Origin: Macrostomum hystrix
Taxonomy: Eukaryota > Animalia > Platyhelminthes
Length of the DNA stretch: 64,000 nucleotides
Reading direction: 5' to 3'
NCBI GenBank assembly: GCA_950097015.1
Contig: CATNEN010000007.1
Location: forward strand, 13,206,001-13,270,000
Shown in pieces: positions 1 through 11,932 of this stretch (position 1 is its first letter; each line of letters begins with the position of its first letter). The notes beneath the pieces are model-generated. The model was given only the letters and a program-made list of their open reading frames with translations, was not told where the DNA came from and did not search any database. Made by a program: the position numbers and the translations under genes.

Positions 1-2098
1 ACTCTCATAGCAATCAGTTCTGTAGATGCTGCTTCTCAGATTCTCAGGAGCGCTTATTAGGCGTGTTTAATTTTCTTTTGAAAGATTTGACTTGAGAACC
101 CGAATCTGTTCGAAAGCAGATACAGAAGATTGCACAGGCAAATACGCTTACAGAAAATTAACTGGCCCCAACGTATGCAGCTGTCAGCGGCTGAGGCTGG
201 CAGCACAGATGAGGAGAAACAGAGACGGGTGAGTCGTCGGATATGAGATATACGCTCGTAAGTGGAGAGGATTCAGGGAAAGCCAAGGTAACTTTCGAGC
301 CAACTGGTGCGATGGGGAAGGCGATGCAGAGCCGAGAGGGGATGTAATTATTTTGATTACGTAATGCGAAATACCGGCTGGCTGGATTCTGGGGGTAAAG
401 CTATGAATCGGGAAGGGGGCTGCGACCAAGGAGAGAAATGCCGACACTTTGCTGACTCCCAAATTTCGGGCTCTTCCTTAAATCTTTTGCGCCGCGCCCG
501 TGGGAGTTGCATGAGGGATAGCTACATGTGACCCTCATAGGCATGGGAGATGGGAGCAGGCGCTTGCTCACTCATACTCTTTCTTCATCATTCGTCCCCT
601 CTTCAGAGGAGTCCAGAGAACGCCATCCCGTGAGAGAAAGTTTTGTTTGCTGCATTCGCTACAAAAGAATAGCGCACAGATAAGCACAGAGGAAAGGATG
701 CCTGAACGGGTGTAGAGTGAGTGCCAAAGAAAGTCTTTTTCAGAAGCCCATTCAGGTCATTTTTTATTTTTGTGTTCGTAGATCGATAAAAGCTAAAAAC
801 TAATAGATAACTAGGTATAGATAGATTGATAGATAGATACGAAGTCAGGGTTGTCTCCAGATAGCAAGCAAAAAATGATTGAAATACTGCAATTGCTCTG
901 TTTCAGGCTACAATTGTCGCAGGTTTTGCCTCTTGAAACACAGAATTCGCTCTGCCGCCAGCAATTAACGTATATTGGTCGCTGTGGTGAGCTCTATGCA
1001 TCAGTGATCTGGAATGGATGAGAAATGGACTGGAATAGGGGCCATGTGCGATGGAGGGACTGTGGAAGCTGGAGCGTAACGGATGAAGCCTGGCGGGCCG
1101 GGGAGAATGAGATCATGACAAAGTAGCGGCAATTAGTGTCGGCCTGGCACCGGCAGAGACGGAAGGGTCTCCCGCGTGGTTGCGGGGCGAGGCAGCTCAA
1201 TTGGTCTCCGAGCGTGTATACGGGAGCGCCTGGCAGGCTGGGAAATGAGGCTCCTCCATCTTGTCGGACAGGGAGTTGGGGCGGGGCGGGGATCTGCATA
1301 GCTGCATCTGGGAGAAGCCGGGCAAGTTCTGCTCGGCCTGATTATGCGCATCGAGTTCGGCAGGGCTGACGTGAGCTGCAGCCACTTCTTAGCGCAATCT
1401 GGCTGCGGTGGGCCAATCCTATGGCAGAGCCCGCTGGGTAGGGATTTTTTTAATAAAAAGCTTCTCAGGAAACGCGACTCGTTGGAGAGGCAGGGAAGCG
1501 GCTGCGACTTTGAGCTGAAGTAGACTGGGGAGAAGAAATAGTTGAAATTAATACTGAACTAATATGCATCGTAGACTGCAAATCCGATTGCGTCATCGCG
1601 AGTTGCTCACCAGTCTCCGCTCTTTCACTCCCCTGCTTGTTTCAGCCACGGCGAAGCGAACGACATCCTTGTAGCATAATTTAGTCACGGCTAATTGCAG
1701 TGCGCTGGAAACTGGGAGGCGATCGCGGCTCAGAGGCTGTGCTGTCAGCTCCACTTACGCAATCCTACAGGAGCTCAAATCCCATCTAAATATGATATCC
1801 CTATAGTCCCATGAAAAGTAAATCACAAACGTTCAGTGCTAGCCAAAACTTGCCGTGCAGGACATTCCGGAGACCCATGGAACAAAGATTGCCGACCTAA
1901 TTAGCTCACAAGAGACACTTACTAAAGCTCGGGATTTTGCCTTAAATTAAGCCGGGATTGGAATCCGGGCTTAAAGCCAAGAGACCACTACAAAAAGCTT
2001 TGCATTCTGTTCGAATGTACGAACTGTTTTTTACGAGCTGTCTAATAATTCTATCGCTGTTGGTTGTAATTGATCAATAAATAAGCCTACTATTTATC

Positions 2099-2326
2099 TG
2101 CCAGTCGGCGTGCCAGTCGGCGTGCCAGTCGGCGTGCCAGTCGGCGTGCCAGTCGGCGTGCCAGTCGGCGTGCCAGTCGGCGTGCCAGTCGGCGTGCCAG
2201 TCGGCGTGCCAGTCGGCGTGCCAGTCGGCGTGCCAGTCGGCGTGCCAGTCGGCGTGCCAGTCGGCGTGCCAGTCGGCGTGCCAGTCGGCGTGCCAGTCGG
2301 CGTGCCAGTCGGCGTGCCAGTCGGCA
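2099..2326. repeat. Near-perfect 12-bp tandem array (TGCCAGTCGGCG) x19
   Basis: Directly visible; it explains the HADW/RRLA/PTGT/PVGV repeat ORFs. Confidence 0.97.
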
Positions 2327-2581
2327 CAGAAGCCACATGTCTCGAAACAAGACAAGAGACAAGAAAAACATGTCTCGTTCAATAATGTCTTCTGCCAGTA
2401 GAACGGGAATAAACTAGCTCTCATTCTTTAAGTGTTTAACTTGAAAGGCTGAAGAGACAAACTATGGGACTGTGAGGAACCAATAGATTGGCAGGTTATT
2501 GTGACCAGAGAAATCGTGGCTCTCTGTTGTACCAGGGAAATGTACTTTTCTTCACTTTCCAATAGTTATATAGGCGACAGC

Positions 2582-4187
2582 CAGTGTTGGGCATTGTTAA
2601 TGAAAAACTTAACTTCGTTAACAGTTAAGAAGTTAACTCTAACTGGTAAAAAGAACTAACGATTAACGGTTAACAATTTAGCTTTTGCCAAAAAAGTAAC
2701 GCAGAAATCGTAAAAAAGTAACTTTCGCCCAAAAAACTTATTTCTTTACATAACGACTGCTTACAAAATGTAAATACACGCATTTTCTATCCTTAAACTG
2801 TCTTTTTGTATCATTTTCATGATTATACGGTAGTACGGACACGGTACAGAGATAGAGCTAGCTACTGTGTGCATATATCAATATATTTGGGCATTTGGCC
2901 AGACTGCCAGTGTGCTAGATACCGCTCATGCAAAAGTAAGATATGCTATGAAAGTACCGTGAATACCATACGTATACTCAATACTCCCGTTCCCAAAACA
3001 CCTTGCTAACTGTCTGTCACGTGTCACTGAAAAATAGAGAGGGAAAATTATTGGCTTCTTATTTTGCAAGCTTCTTCTATTCTGTGTGACTGACTGACTA
3101 GTCCCTTATCGTATTGATCACTTGTTGTGTTAAGTGGTGCATTGTTTAGGGCAGCTTTAGAAAGGTTTTCACTTTCATCGCTGGAGATTTGAGAGGCTAG
3201 TCACCCAGTCACGACAGTCAGTCACAGTCAGTAGTCATAGTCAGTCACTAAACTAAACTAGTCAGTATAGTCACTATCACTAGCTAGCTACTTTAGCTAG
3301 TCAGAAAACACAAACAGTTAAACACACACTTGCACACAAAAAGTGACGCAAAAGTCATGTAAAAGTAAGTAAAATTAAATTCAATAAAAACCACGCCACA
3401 ACACCCGGAGCTTCATTCAGTGAGCCACGCCACAACACCCGGAGCTTCAGTGGGTCACGCCACAACACCCGGAGCTTCAGTGGGTCACGCCACAACACCC
3501 GGAGCTTCAGTTGGTCACGCCACAACACCCGGAGCTTCAGTGAGCCACGCCACAACACCCGGAGCTTCAGTGGGTCACGCCACAACACCCGGAGCTTCAG
3601 TGAGCCACGCCACAACAAGTCACAAATGGCGGTTGCCCCTTAGAAGCAACAGGCGGGATAGTGTCGTATCAGCTAGTGGCGCTCTTTTTGCGCGGAGCAC
3701 ATCGGTCCCCATGGAGATCTCTCGACGGCCGCGCTGGATGGAAGTGCGGTATTGTAGCGCACAAAAAGTCTCGCGATTATAGGGTCGTTAAAGGCCGTGT
3801 CTGTAAAACCATGATGCGATTTCCAGGCACCGTTGAGCCATGCAGTTAGAATTTCCTGGGCACGTGTTCGAGGTGCCTCTCGCGTGCCACCGACTTGGAC
3901 TGGCACGCGTAAAATTAATGATTTCAATGTACAATATCCCTTTTCGCTACACAGACTATTTTTTGCAAAAAATTAACTTTTGCCATTTAACTTTTAACTT
4001 TTGGGGAAAAAATAGCGAAAGTTATTAACGATCGTTAACAGAAAAAAAAGTAACGGGTTTTTAACGAATTTGCAAAAACTTTAACTCCGTTAACAGAAAA
4101 AAAAGTAACGGGTTTTTAACGAATTTGCAAAAACTTTAACTCCGTTAGCAGAAAGTTAACTGTTTAACTAGTTAATGCCCAACACTG
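2582..4187. mobile_element. Non-autonomous hAT-type DNA transposon (1.6 kb)
   Basis: 14-bp perfect TIR CAGTGTTGGGCATT (2582-2595) / AATGCCCAACACTG (4174-4187). 8-bp TSD GCGACAGC at 2574-2581 and 4188-4195. Subterminal GTTAAC/TAAC clusters at both ends; no transposase ORF. Confidence 0.92.
3391..3618. repeat. 30-bp minisatellite (GTGGGTCACGCCACAACACCCGGAGCTTCA) ~7.5 copies inside the hAT element
   Basis: Directly visible tandem units. Confidence 0.93.
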
Positions 4188-4195
4188 GCGACAGC

Positions 4196-7100
4196 CTGAG
4201 CACGCCCGAAAATGAGCCACTGGGTAGCTATCATGGAATGGCACGCCGATCTCACGTGGCCTGATAAACCGCCGGTTGCGCCTGAGCAGCTGGCCCGACT
4301 CCGTGCGAAGCCAGTACGACCGCGGGCTGCCGTCCACCTCGCTGTCGACCTCGGCAACCACCCAGTTCCGACGATCGCACTGAAGCCAGACCGGCTCGCC
4401 GACCTCCAAGCGTCGAAGTGCGCGCGCACCGCGGTTGTAGAGCTGAGCTGCCCGGGTCCGCTCCTTCTGGAATGATTCGATGCTGGCATGCACGTAGGTC
4501 TCCCGAGGCCGCAGATCTTGCACCGTTGTCGGCAGGTCGCACCGCAGTTTCCGGCCAAACGCCATTTCCGCCGGGCTGGGGAAGCCGCTGCCGACCGGCG
4601 TGTTGCGATAGTGCAAAAGGGCCAGTGCCAGGCTCTGTCCAGTCTCCTGGCACTTCTTCATCATATTCTTGGCAGTCTGCACATATCGCTCTGCTTTGCC
4701 GTTGGACTGCGGGTAGGCCGGACTCGATGTCCGGTGCTCCACTTGAAATCTGGTCATGAACTGACGGAACTCTCCTGCGGTGAACTGCGGCCCGTTGTCA
4801 CTGATGAGCTTCTCTGGCACTCCAAAGTTTCTGGAAATGGTCTTGGAGCACCTGAACTACTGCCGGGCTTGTTGTCGACCGCAGGCGGGTGATGCTCATC
4901 CAGTGGCTGTAGGCGTCTACGTACACCAGGTGCGCAGCGCCACGGAACTCGAACAAGTCGGTCGAGCAGACTTGGAACGGAAACTCGGGCATTTCAACGA
5001 TCATCAAAGTCTCCTTTGACTGGGCCTTCATTTTACGCTGGCAGGCCTCGCACTGGCTGACAGTTCGCTCGATGCAGGTGCGCATTCCTGGCCAGTAAAA
5101 ATAATCTTTGGCTTTCAGGTCCATCTTGACGATTCCAGGGTGTCCAGCGTGCAAAATTCTTAGGATCGAGCTTCTGGCGCTGCCGGCTGGCACGTAGATG
5201 CGGTCCTTCAGGCACAGGAGTCCTGAGACGAAAGTCAGATCATGGCGAAGATCCCAAAATACTTTCAAATCGTCAGGTAGTCGGTTTCGATGCTCGGGCC
5301 ATCCGGCTTGAATGACCTCCTGCAGACGCTGGCTCGTCTGGTCTGCAGCCGTGGCCTTCTTGATCATTGTCAGAATCTCGCGGTCTCCACTGAAGCATCG
5401 CTCCACAGCTAGCACTTGTCCGTCCAAAGCTTCCTCCAGCAGAAGCGTCAGGCTGTCCGTCTTTCCGTGAGCTCGGCTTAGCGTGTCTGCGACGTACAGC
5501 TCCTTTCCTGGTGTGTACTTCACACGAATGTCGTAGGGCTGCAGCTGCAGCAGCAAGCGCTGGATGCGTGGCGTGGTGTCACAGAGCTGCTTCTTTAAGA
5601 TGGACTCCAGTGGCTTATGGTCACTCTGGACATTGACAGTGCGGCCCCAGAGGTAGCGGTGAAATTTCTTGCAGCCGTACACAATAGCCAGGAGCTCCTT
5701 CTCAATCTGCGCGTATGCCTGCTGAGCTTTAGTCATGGCTGATGAAGCGAACTCAACCGGACGGTCCTCTTGGAGTAGCACAGCACCGATGCCGCTCTTG
5801 CTGGCATCCACAGACACGGTGACTGGCTTGCTGACGTCAAATGTGGCCAAAACCCTGTTAGAACACAGCTCCGTGATGATCGAGTCGTACGCCTCGTCGT
5901 GCTGATGCGTCCAGCTCCAAATGACGTCTTTCTTGAGCAGGTGTCTAAGCGGCTCTGCAGTAGCGGAAAGATGAGGACAAAACTTGGCCAGGTACGTCAC
6001 ACAGCCGAGAAATCGCCTTAGCTGCTCCTTCTTCGAAGTGAGACCTACAACATCATTCGGCCGGATCATTTCTTTGATGGCTTTGACCTTCATTGGATCT
6101 GCTCGCAACCCTTCCGAGCTGAGCACATCGCCTAGGTAGTTGAGCTCTTGGACACCGACTCGCATCTTCTGTGGGTTCAGTGTCACCTTGGCACGCTTGC
6201 ACTGCTCCAGGAGCTCTCGCACAGCTTGGTCGTGCTCCTCGACTGTTCTTCCCCACACGATGATGTCGTCAAAGAAGTTCTTAGAGTTTCTCACGTTGTT
6301 TGTGACGTTTTCTTCCATTCTCTTCTGGAAGACCTCGGGAATGGATGAGAGACCGTATGGAACTCGTTTCCAGCGATATCGGCCGAACGGGGTGTGGAAC
6401 GTGGTCAGGAAGGAGCTTTCATCATCGAGTTTTAGTTGGTGAAAGCTCTCGTTCGCATCGAATGAGCTGTACAGGATGGCTCCAGCAGTCGCAGCTCGAA
6501 CTTCCTCGGCGGTGGGGATCGGGTGGTACTCTCTGATGATGAACCTGTTCAGGTAGGTCGGATCTAGACACAGTCGCATCGAGCCGTCCTTCTTCCACAC
6601 GATGGCCACATTGGAGACCCACTGCGTCGGTTCGTCGACTCGCGCGATCGTTCCTTCCTTCTCCAGTCTCTCCAGCTCGCACTTCAGAGGTTGATACGCA
6701 GCAAATGGCACCTTGCGAGGAGGCTGCACTTTAGGCACTGCGTTGTCCGACAGTTGAATGGTGTATGGCTGCTTCATGCAACCAACGCCGTTGAATACTT
6801 CTGGGAAGCTGGCCTTTAACTGGCTGGAGTTCAGTTCCGATAACTGCTGCTTGCTCACCTTGCTGATGCTGCTTGGACTCTGCTGCAACGAGAACAGCTT
6901 CTTGACCAGCTGCAGCTCCTCAATCGCTGACTTCCAGCCGATGATGGGCGTGGAGTTCTCGCCGACAACAACAAACTGCAGTCGGGCATTCTTCCGGCAG
7001 GGCGAAGACACAGTCAAGTACGTGATGCCGACCACGTCCAGCAGCTGCTTGTTGTACGTTGTCAGAGTCCAGGATGTCGGCTCAATCGATGCTGCAGGGG

Positions 7101-8094
7101 CGAGCTGGATCAGCCGTTTCAGAGGGATCACGTTGACGTCCGCACCGGTGTCCACCTTGAACTGCAGCTTTCTTCCAGAGTCCGTGACAGTCAGGCACAC
7201 CATCATCGCCGAGCTGTCGGTTTGCGCCTTGGTTCGAGCACCTGGCTGCTCCACGGTCATGATTGCTGCAGCCGGGCCATCACCTGCGGACTCGGTCTCG
7301 GTGTTCTCCACCAGCTCGTTGACCTTCTTAGCATAGCGGTACACGGATGAGAAATGGTTTGCGCGACCACAGTTATTGCAGGTCTTACCGAATGCCGGGC
7401 ACTTGCGCCGCTCATGCTGCTGTCCGCAGAAGCCGCAGCTGCGAGCCGACTTGGCATTGCTGGCGGGCTGCGACCGGCTGGTTCGGCCTTGAACTGCCTC
7501 GACGGACGCTGGCGCGGGTGCAGGCGTTGCTCGGCTGATCTGCGCTGTGGCCAGGGTCCGAGCCTGCCGCTTCGAAGTCTCCGACGCTCGACCCATCTGG
7601 ATGGCGCGGTCCAGCGTCAGCTTTGTCTCGCAGAGAAGCCTCTCCCTCAGAGCTGGGTCGTTCGCACCGATGACGATCTGATCTCGAATGACGCTGTTCT
7701 CGATGGTCTCCTTGTTCACTGGCTCGCTGTAGTTGCATCGCTTGATGAGCTGGCGAAGTGAGCCGACGAATTGGTCGAAGTCCTCAGCTTCTCCTTGCAC
7801 TCTTGTTCGAAGCTGGTAGCGCTCAAAGGTCTCATTCGACAGAGGCTCGCAGTACTCTTGGAACGCACTCTTTACAGCTGCGTACGTTGCTACTTGGTCT
7901 GCAGGAAACGTGGAGAATACGTCCTGTCCATCGGATTCCAGCGCGGTCAGGAGAACAGCGATCTTCACTTCTTCACTTTCTTCAGTCCTCTTCGTAGCTT
8001 TCATGTAGAAATCAAATGCACTGATCCATCGCCTCCAGTTGTCTGCCCTATTGGTGTCAAAAATCATGGGCTCTGGCGGCCTCAATCCATCCAT
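4196..8094 (-). pseudogene. Gypsy gag-pol polyprotein, frameshifted in integrase near 4820-4835
   Basis: Zn knuckles CGFCGQQHERRKC / CNNCGRANHFSSVY, protease VDTGAD, RT (LCLDP, YRWKRVPYGL, FFDD), RNase H (DASKSGIGAVL, EKELLA, SDHKPL), integrase HHCC and STDLF. Continues in ORF 4164-4820 with PEKLISDNGPQF...SNGKAER and a GPF/Y-type PRSY tail. Confidence 0.93.
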
Positions 8095-8129
8095 GCTGGC
8101 TTGCTAGAAAGTTTAGACTTGCGACGTCA

Positions 8130-8333
8130 TGTTATGTTAGAAGTCAAGGCGAGTGTGTGCGAGCTACGAAACGCTTAAAGCCAGCGATGGGCAGAGAGCC
8201 GACATATATATTATTGCTCAGTCAAGTGAGCAATGTACATTGTACGCGTCAATGGGGGACTGGGGGGCAGGTGCACTGAGAGAGAAAGAGAAAGACTGCA
8301 CATCGGCTAGCCAGCATCGATCATTACACAACA
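8130..8333 (-). repeat. Putative 5' LTR of the Gypsy element (~204 bp)
   Basis: TGTTATGT...ACACAACA imperfect inverted termini. On the minus strand it is followed directly by PBS-like TGACGTCGCAAGT (resembles TGGTGTCAGAAGT) and then the gag ATG. Confidence 0.65.
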
Positions 8334-8629
8334 GAAGCATATGTTCCCCTTGCAGTTACGCTCATAGAGCAACTCTAATGGAACCTGCCGACAACTTGAG
8401 CGAGGTAGGCCCACGTCAAGGCATTTCTCTCCTTTCGGATCACAAGAGAGACCTAGTAGCTTTTCCGGGACGCATTCGCTGCTTGCCAACAAAGTAAATA
8501 TTGTACTCGTAGAACCAAGAGGGGCAGTTACCCCTCACTAGCTAGCCTACTAGCTACTTCTAGTAGGTTTATTTGATGGCTAAAGCTATAAAACCAACCG
8601 TGAACTTTAAATGTCCGCGAATACGTACC

Positions 8630-9380
8630 TGTCGGTCTGTCTGTGAACGCCAAGAAGACGATGGTGCTTACCGTCCCGGCAGACCTGCCCGCTGAGATCC
8701 GCTGTCGTAATGCGAACGGGCAGGCGGCGCTGCTGCCTCGCTGCACGACATTCACCTACCTCGGCGGTCTGGTGCCAAGCGTGCTGGACGACATCGCTCG
8801 GCGCAGGGCGCTCGCCTGGGGGCCGTTTCGCTCCCTGCGAACTGTAATGCAGTGTCCTGCGCTGCCAGACCGGCTGAGGGGGCGTCTGTACCAGGCCGTC
8901 ATCGAAACTGTGCTCCTGTACAACGCCCACACGTGGACCCTGACCAGCTCACAGGAGCGGCAGCTGGACGCCGCGCACGCTGCACTTCTGCGCGCTGCCT
9001 TCGGAGTCCACTACTCGCCGAACTCCACGACCAACATCAGCAACGACGAGCTGTATCACCGGGCCCAGCTCTGCCGGCCAAGCCAGCTACTCCGCACCCG
9101 GCGCTTGCAGCTGGCCGGCCACGTTATCCGTGCGGAGCAGCGCTGCCCAGAGCCCCTGCAAGATGTGCTGCTGCTTTCCCTGCAGGGACCACGGCGGCGC
9201 GGCCAGGCGAGGACACAACGTTTCGTCGACCTGCTGCTGACTGATGCCGGCATCTCCGACCCTCGCGGACTGATCCTCCTGCGCAGTTCTGCGCTCGCGC
9301 GCGCTTTTTGACAGCTTCCCACTCTTTGGCCTCAGCCAGGGTTGCTGTAGTTTGTTGTTGTTGTTGTTGTTGTTGTTGTG
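8630..9380 (+). mobile_element. 5'-truncated RTE-clade non-LTR retrotransposon (RT C-terminus, short 3' UTR, (GTT)n tail)
   Basis: ORF 8643-9311: VGLSVNAKKT, FTYLGG, LYQAVIETVLLYNAHTWTLT, RRLQLAGHVIR are typical of the RTE RT C-terminal region. Ends in a (GTT)n microsatellite tail. Confidence 0.88.
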
Positions 9381-9688
9381 GTCGGAACTAAACTATTTTT
9401 AAGCATCATGCCTATTGCCTTGTCCCTCGAATCTAATCCAAGCAGTGCATCAGATATGGGGTAGTGGGTACGGGCTGACAACAAATTGTTAGGAATAATA
9501 ATAATACACCGAAACGCAGGAAAAACCAAACGCCTTTCTCCTAGCAAGTGTTAGGTTTTTTACAGAAATGAAGCACTTTATTGATTAAATGGCTTTATTT
9601 TTACAAAATGTACTTGTACTGTAATGTAATGTAAGTACAATGTACTTATTGTACTTATGAAAAGAAGCTGTTGACGATAAGTACTGAT

Positions 9689-10224
9689 TCAGCAATCAGC
9701 AATCTGCAATCTGCAATCCGCAATCTGCATTCAGCAATCAGCAATCTGCAATCAGCAATCAGCAATCTGCAATCAGCAATCTGCATTCAGCAATCCGCAA
9801 TCTGCATTCAGCAATCTGCATTCAGCAATCAGCAATCTGCATTCAGCAATCAGCAATCTGCATTCAGCAATCAGCAATCAGCAATCTGCATTCAGCAATC
9901 TGCAATCTGCATTCAGCAATCAGCAATCAGCAATCAGCATTCAGCAATCCGCAATCAGCAATCTGCATTCAGCAATCAGCAATCTGTATTCAGCAATCAG
10001 CAATCAGCATTCAGCAATCAGCAATCTGCAATCAGCAATCAGCAATCTGCAATCAGCAATCAGCAATCAGCAATCAGCAATCTGCAATCAGCAATCAGCA
10101 ATCAGCAATCTGCAATCAGCAATCAGCAATCAGCAATCAGCAATCAGAAATTTGCAATCAGCAATCAGCAATCTGCAATCAGCAATCTGCATTCAGCAAT
10201 CCGCAATCTGCATTCAGCAATCCG
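9689..10224. repeat. 7-bp satellite (TCAGCAA/TCTGCAA/TCCGCAA/TCTGCAT)n, copy 1
   Basis: Directly visible. Confidence 0.96.
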
Positions 10225-10591
10225 CTTTTTGACAGCTTCCCACTCTTTGGCCTCAGCCAGGGTTGCTGTAGTTTGTTGTTGTTGTTGTTGTTGTTGTTGT
10301 GGTCGGAACTAAACTATTTTTAAGCATCATGCCTATTGCCTTGTCCCTCGAATCTAATCCAAGCAGTGCATCAGATATGGGGTAGTGGGTACGGGCTGAC
10401 AACAAATTGTTAGGAATAATAATAATACACCGAAACGCAGGAAAAACCAAACGCCTTTCTCCTAGCAAGTGTTAGGTTTTTTACAGAAATGAAGCACTTG
10501 AATGATTAAATGGCTTTATTTTTACAAAACATGTTATTTAACATGTACTTATTGTACTTATGAAAAGAAGCTTTTGACGATAAGTACTGAT

Positions 10592-11306
10592 TCAGCAATC
10601 AGCAATCTGCAATCTGCAATCCGCAATCTGCATTCAGCAATCAGCAATCTAGCTGCAATCAGCAATCAGCAATCTGCAATCAGCAATCTGCATTCAGCAA
10701 TCCGCAATCTGCATTCAGCAATCAGCAATCTGCATTCAGCAATCAGCAATCTGCATTCAGCAATCAGCAATCTGCATTCAGCAATCAGCAATCAGCAATC
10801 TGCATTCAGCAATCTGCAATCTGCAATCTGCATTCAGCAATCAGCAATCTGCAATCAGCAATCCGCAATCAGCAATCAGCAATCCGCAATCTGCAATCAG
10901 CAATCTGCAATCCGCAATCAGCAATCCGCAATCAGCAATCAGCAATCCGCAATCAGCAAACCGCAATCAGCAATCAGCAATCCGCAATCTGCAATCAGCA
11001 ATCTGCATTCAGCAATCAGCAATCTGCATTCAGCAATCAGCAATCTGCATTCAGCAATCAGCAATCTGCATTCAGCAATCAGCAATCTGCATTCAGCAAT
11101 CAGCAATCTGCAATCTGCATTCAGCAATCAGCAATCTGCAATCAGCAATCCGCAATCAGCAATCAGCAATCCGCAATCTGCAATCAGCAATCTGCAATCC
11201 GCAATCAGCAATCCGCAATCAGCAATCAGCAATCCGCAATCAGCAAACCGCAATCAGCAATCAGCAATCCGCAATCTGCAATCAGCAATCTGCAATTAGC
11301 AATCAG
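10592..11306. repeat. 7-bp satellite (TCNGCAW)n, copy 2
   Basis: Directly visible. Confidence 0.96.
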
Positions 11307-11666
11307 TACAATGTACGAGTATATAACTTATAGGATTGAAAATACTATAATCTTGTGAAATATTGCACAGCTGAGCAGTGCCAGCCTGTCGACTGGGTTA
11401 AAGGGTTCGATTAAATTATCAAGCCATATTTTAGTTTCCGCCATAAAATTTGAGGCCCATGGACATGGCCTGCCTGTGCATGCAGACGAAACGTGTCGTG
11501 TGGTGTGTTTTGGGTTGCAATCCCACGCATGCATATTGTGATCGCGTGATAGTGTTTGAGGCAACGGCATGAGGCGGCTGCGTGGCGCACAGAATGACAC
11601 ATAGGTACTCCTCCGTGGCCTTCACATCTGTCTGGCCCTTTCCTTACTTGATTTATTCAGTGCTTC

Positions 11667-11674
11667 TATAAATA
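11667..11674 (+). promoter_or_regulatory. Candidate TATA box upstream of the PPP1R3-like gene
   Basis: TATAAATA about 260 bp upstream of the first in-frame ATG; positional evidence only. Confidence 0.25.
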
Positions 11675-11932
11675 GAAGCGCCACGCGGGTTTTCCCTGAT
11701 TGGAGTCATGGCAACCTCCAAGGCTGCTTGGTCGAAAGCCCCTTTCTACCCTGCCTCAACTATTTCGCACTGGCCCAGTGCGTGTACGTACAGAGCGTGG
11801 AGGAGGGAAGCTTTCCAGCAAACCCGCCCCACATTGACTGAGAATATTAAGTGGGTTTGTGGCTGCCTGACACAAGAGCAGAGTGACCGTAGAGGCCAGA
11901 CAACAATCTAAACGATATTTTGCGATAGCAAG

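Larger units (their letters stand above)
4196..8333 (-). mobile_element. Ty3/Gypsy LTR retrotransposon (two-knuckle, Mag-like type); 5' LTR present, 3' LTR not found
   Basis: gag-pol ORF with PR-RT-RH-IN order, preceded by an LTR-like segment 8130-8333. No second LTR copy in 1-4200. Confidence 0.9.
9302..11306. repeat. Tandem duplication of ~0.9-1.1 kb (LINE 3' end + flank + heptamer array); copies start at 9302 and 10223
   Basis: CGCTTTTTGACAGCTTCCC... repeats near-identically; the 71-aa minus ORFs 9332-9547 and 10253-10468 are identical. Confidence 0.93.

Noticed and set aside
1-2050. Short GC-rich ORFs (e.g. 994-1299 minus, CRYFVMIS)
   Set aside because: No recognisable domain or consistent exon chain.
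9671-11299. Gln/Ser/Asn-rich (QQSAISN) prion-like ORFs
   Set aside because: Translation of a 7-bp satellite; no gene context.
11708-11911. 67-aa ORF as the first exon of PPP1R3
   Set aside because: No family similarity and no convincing splice link; may be a uORF or noise.
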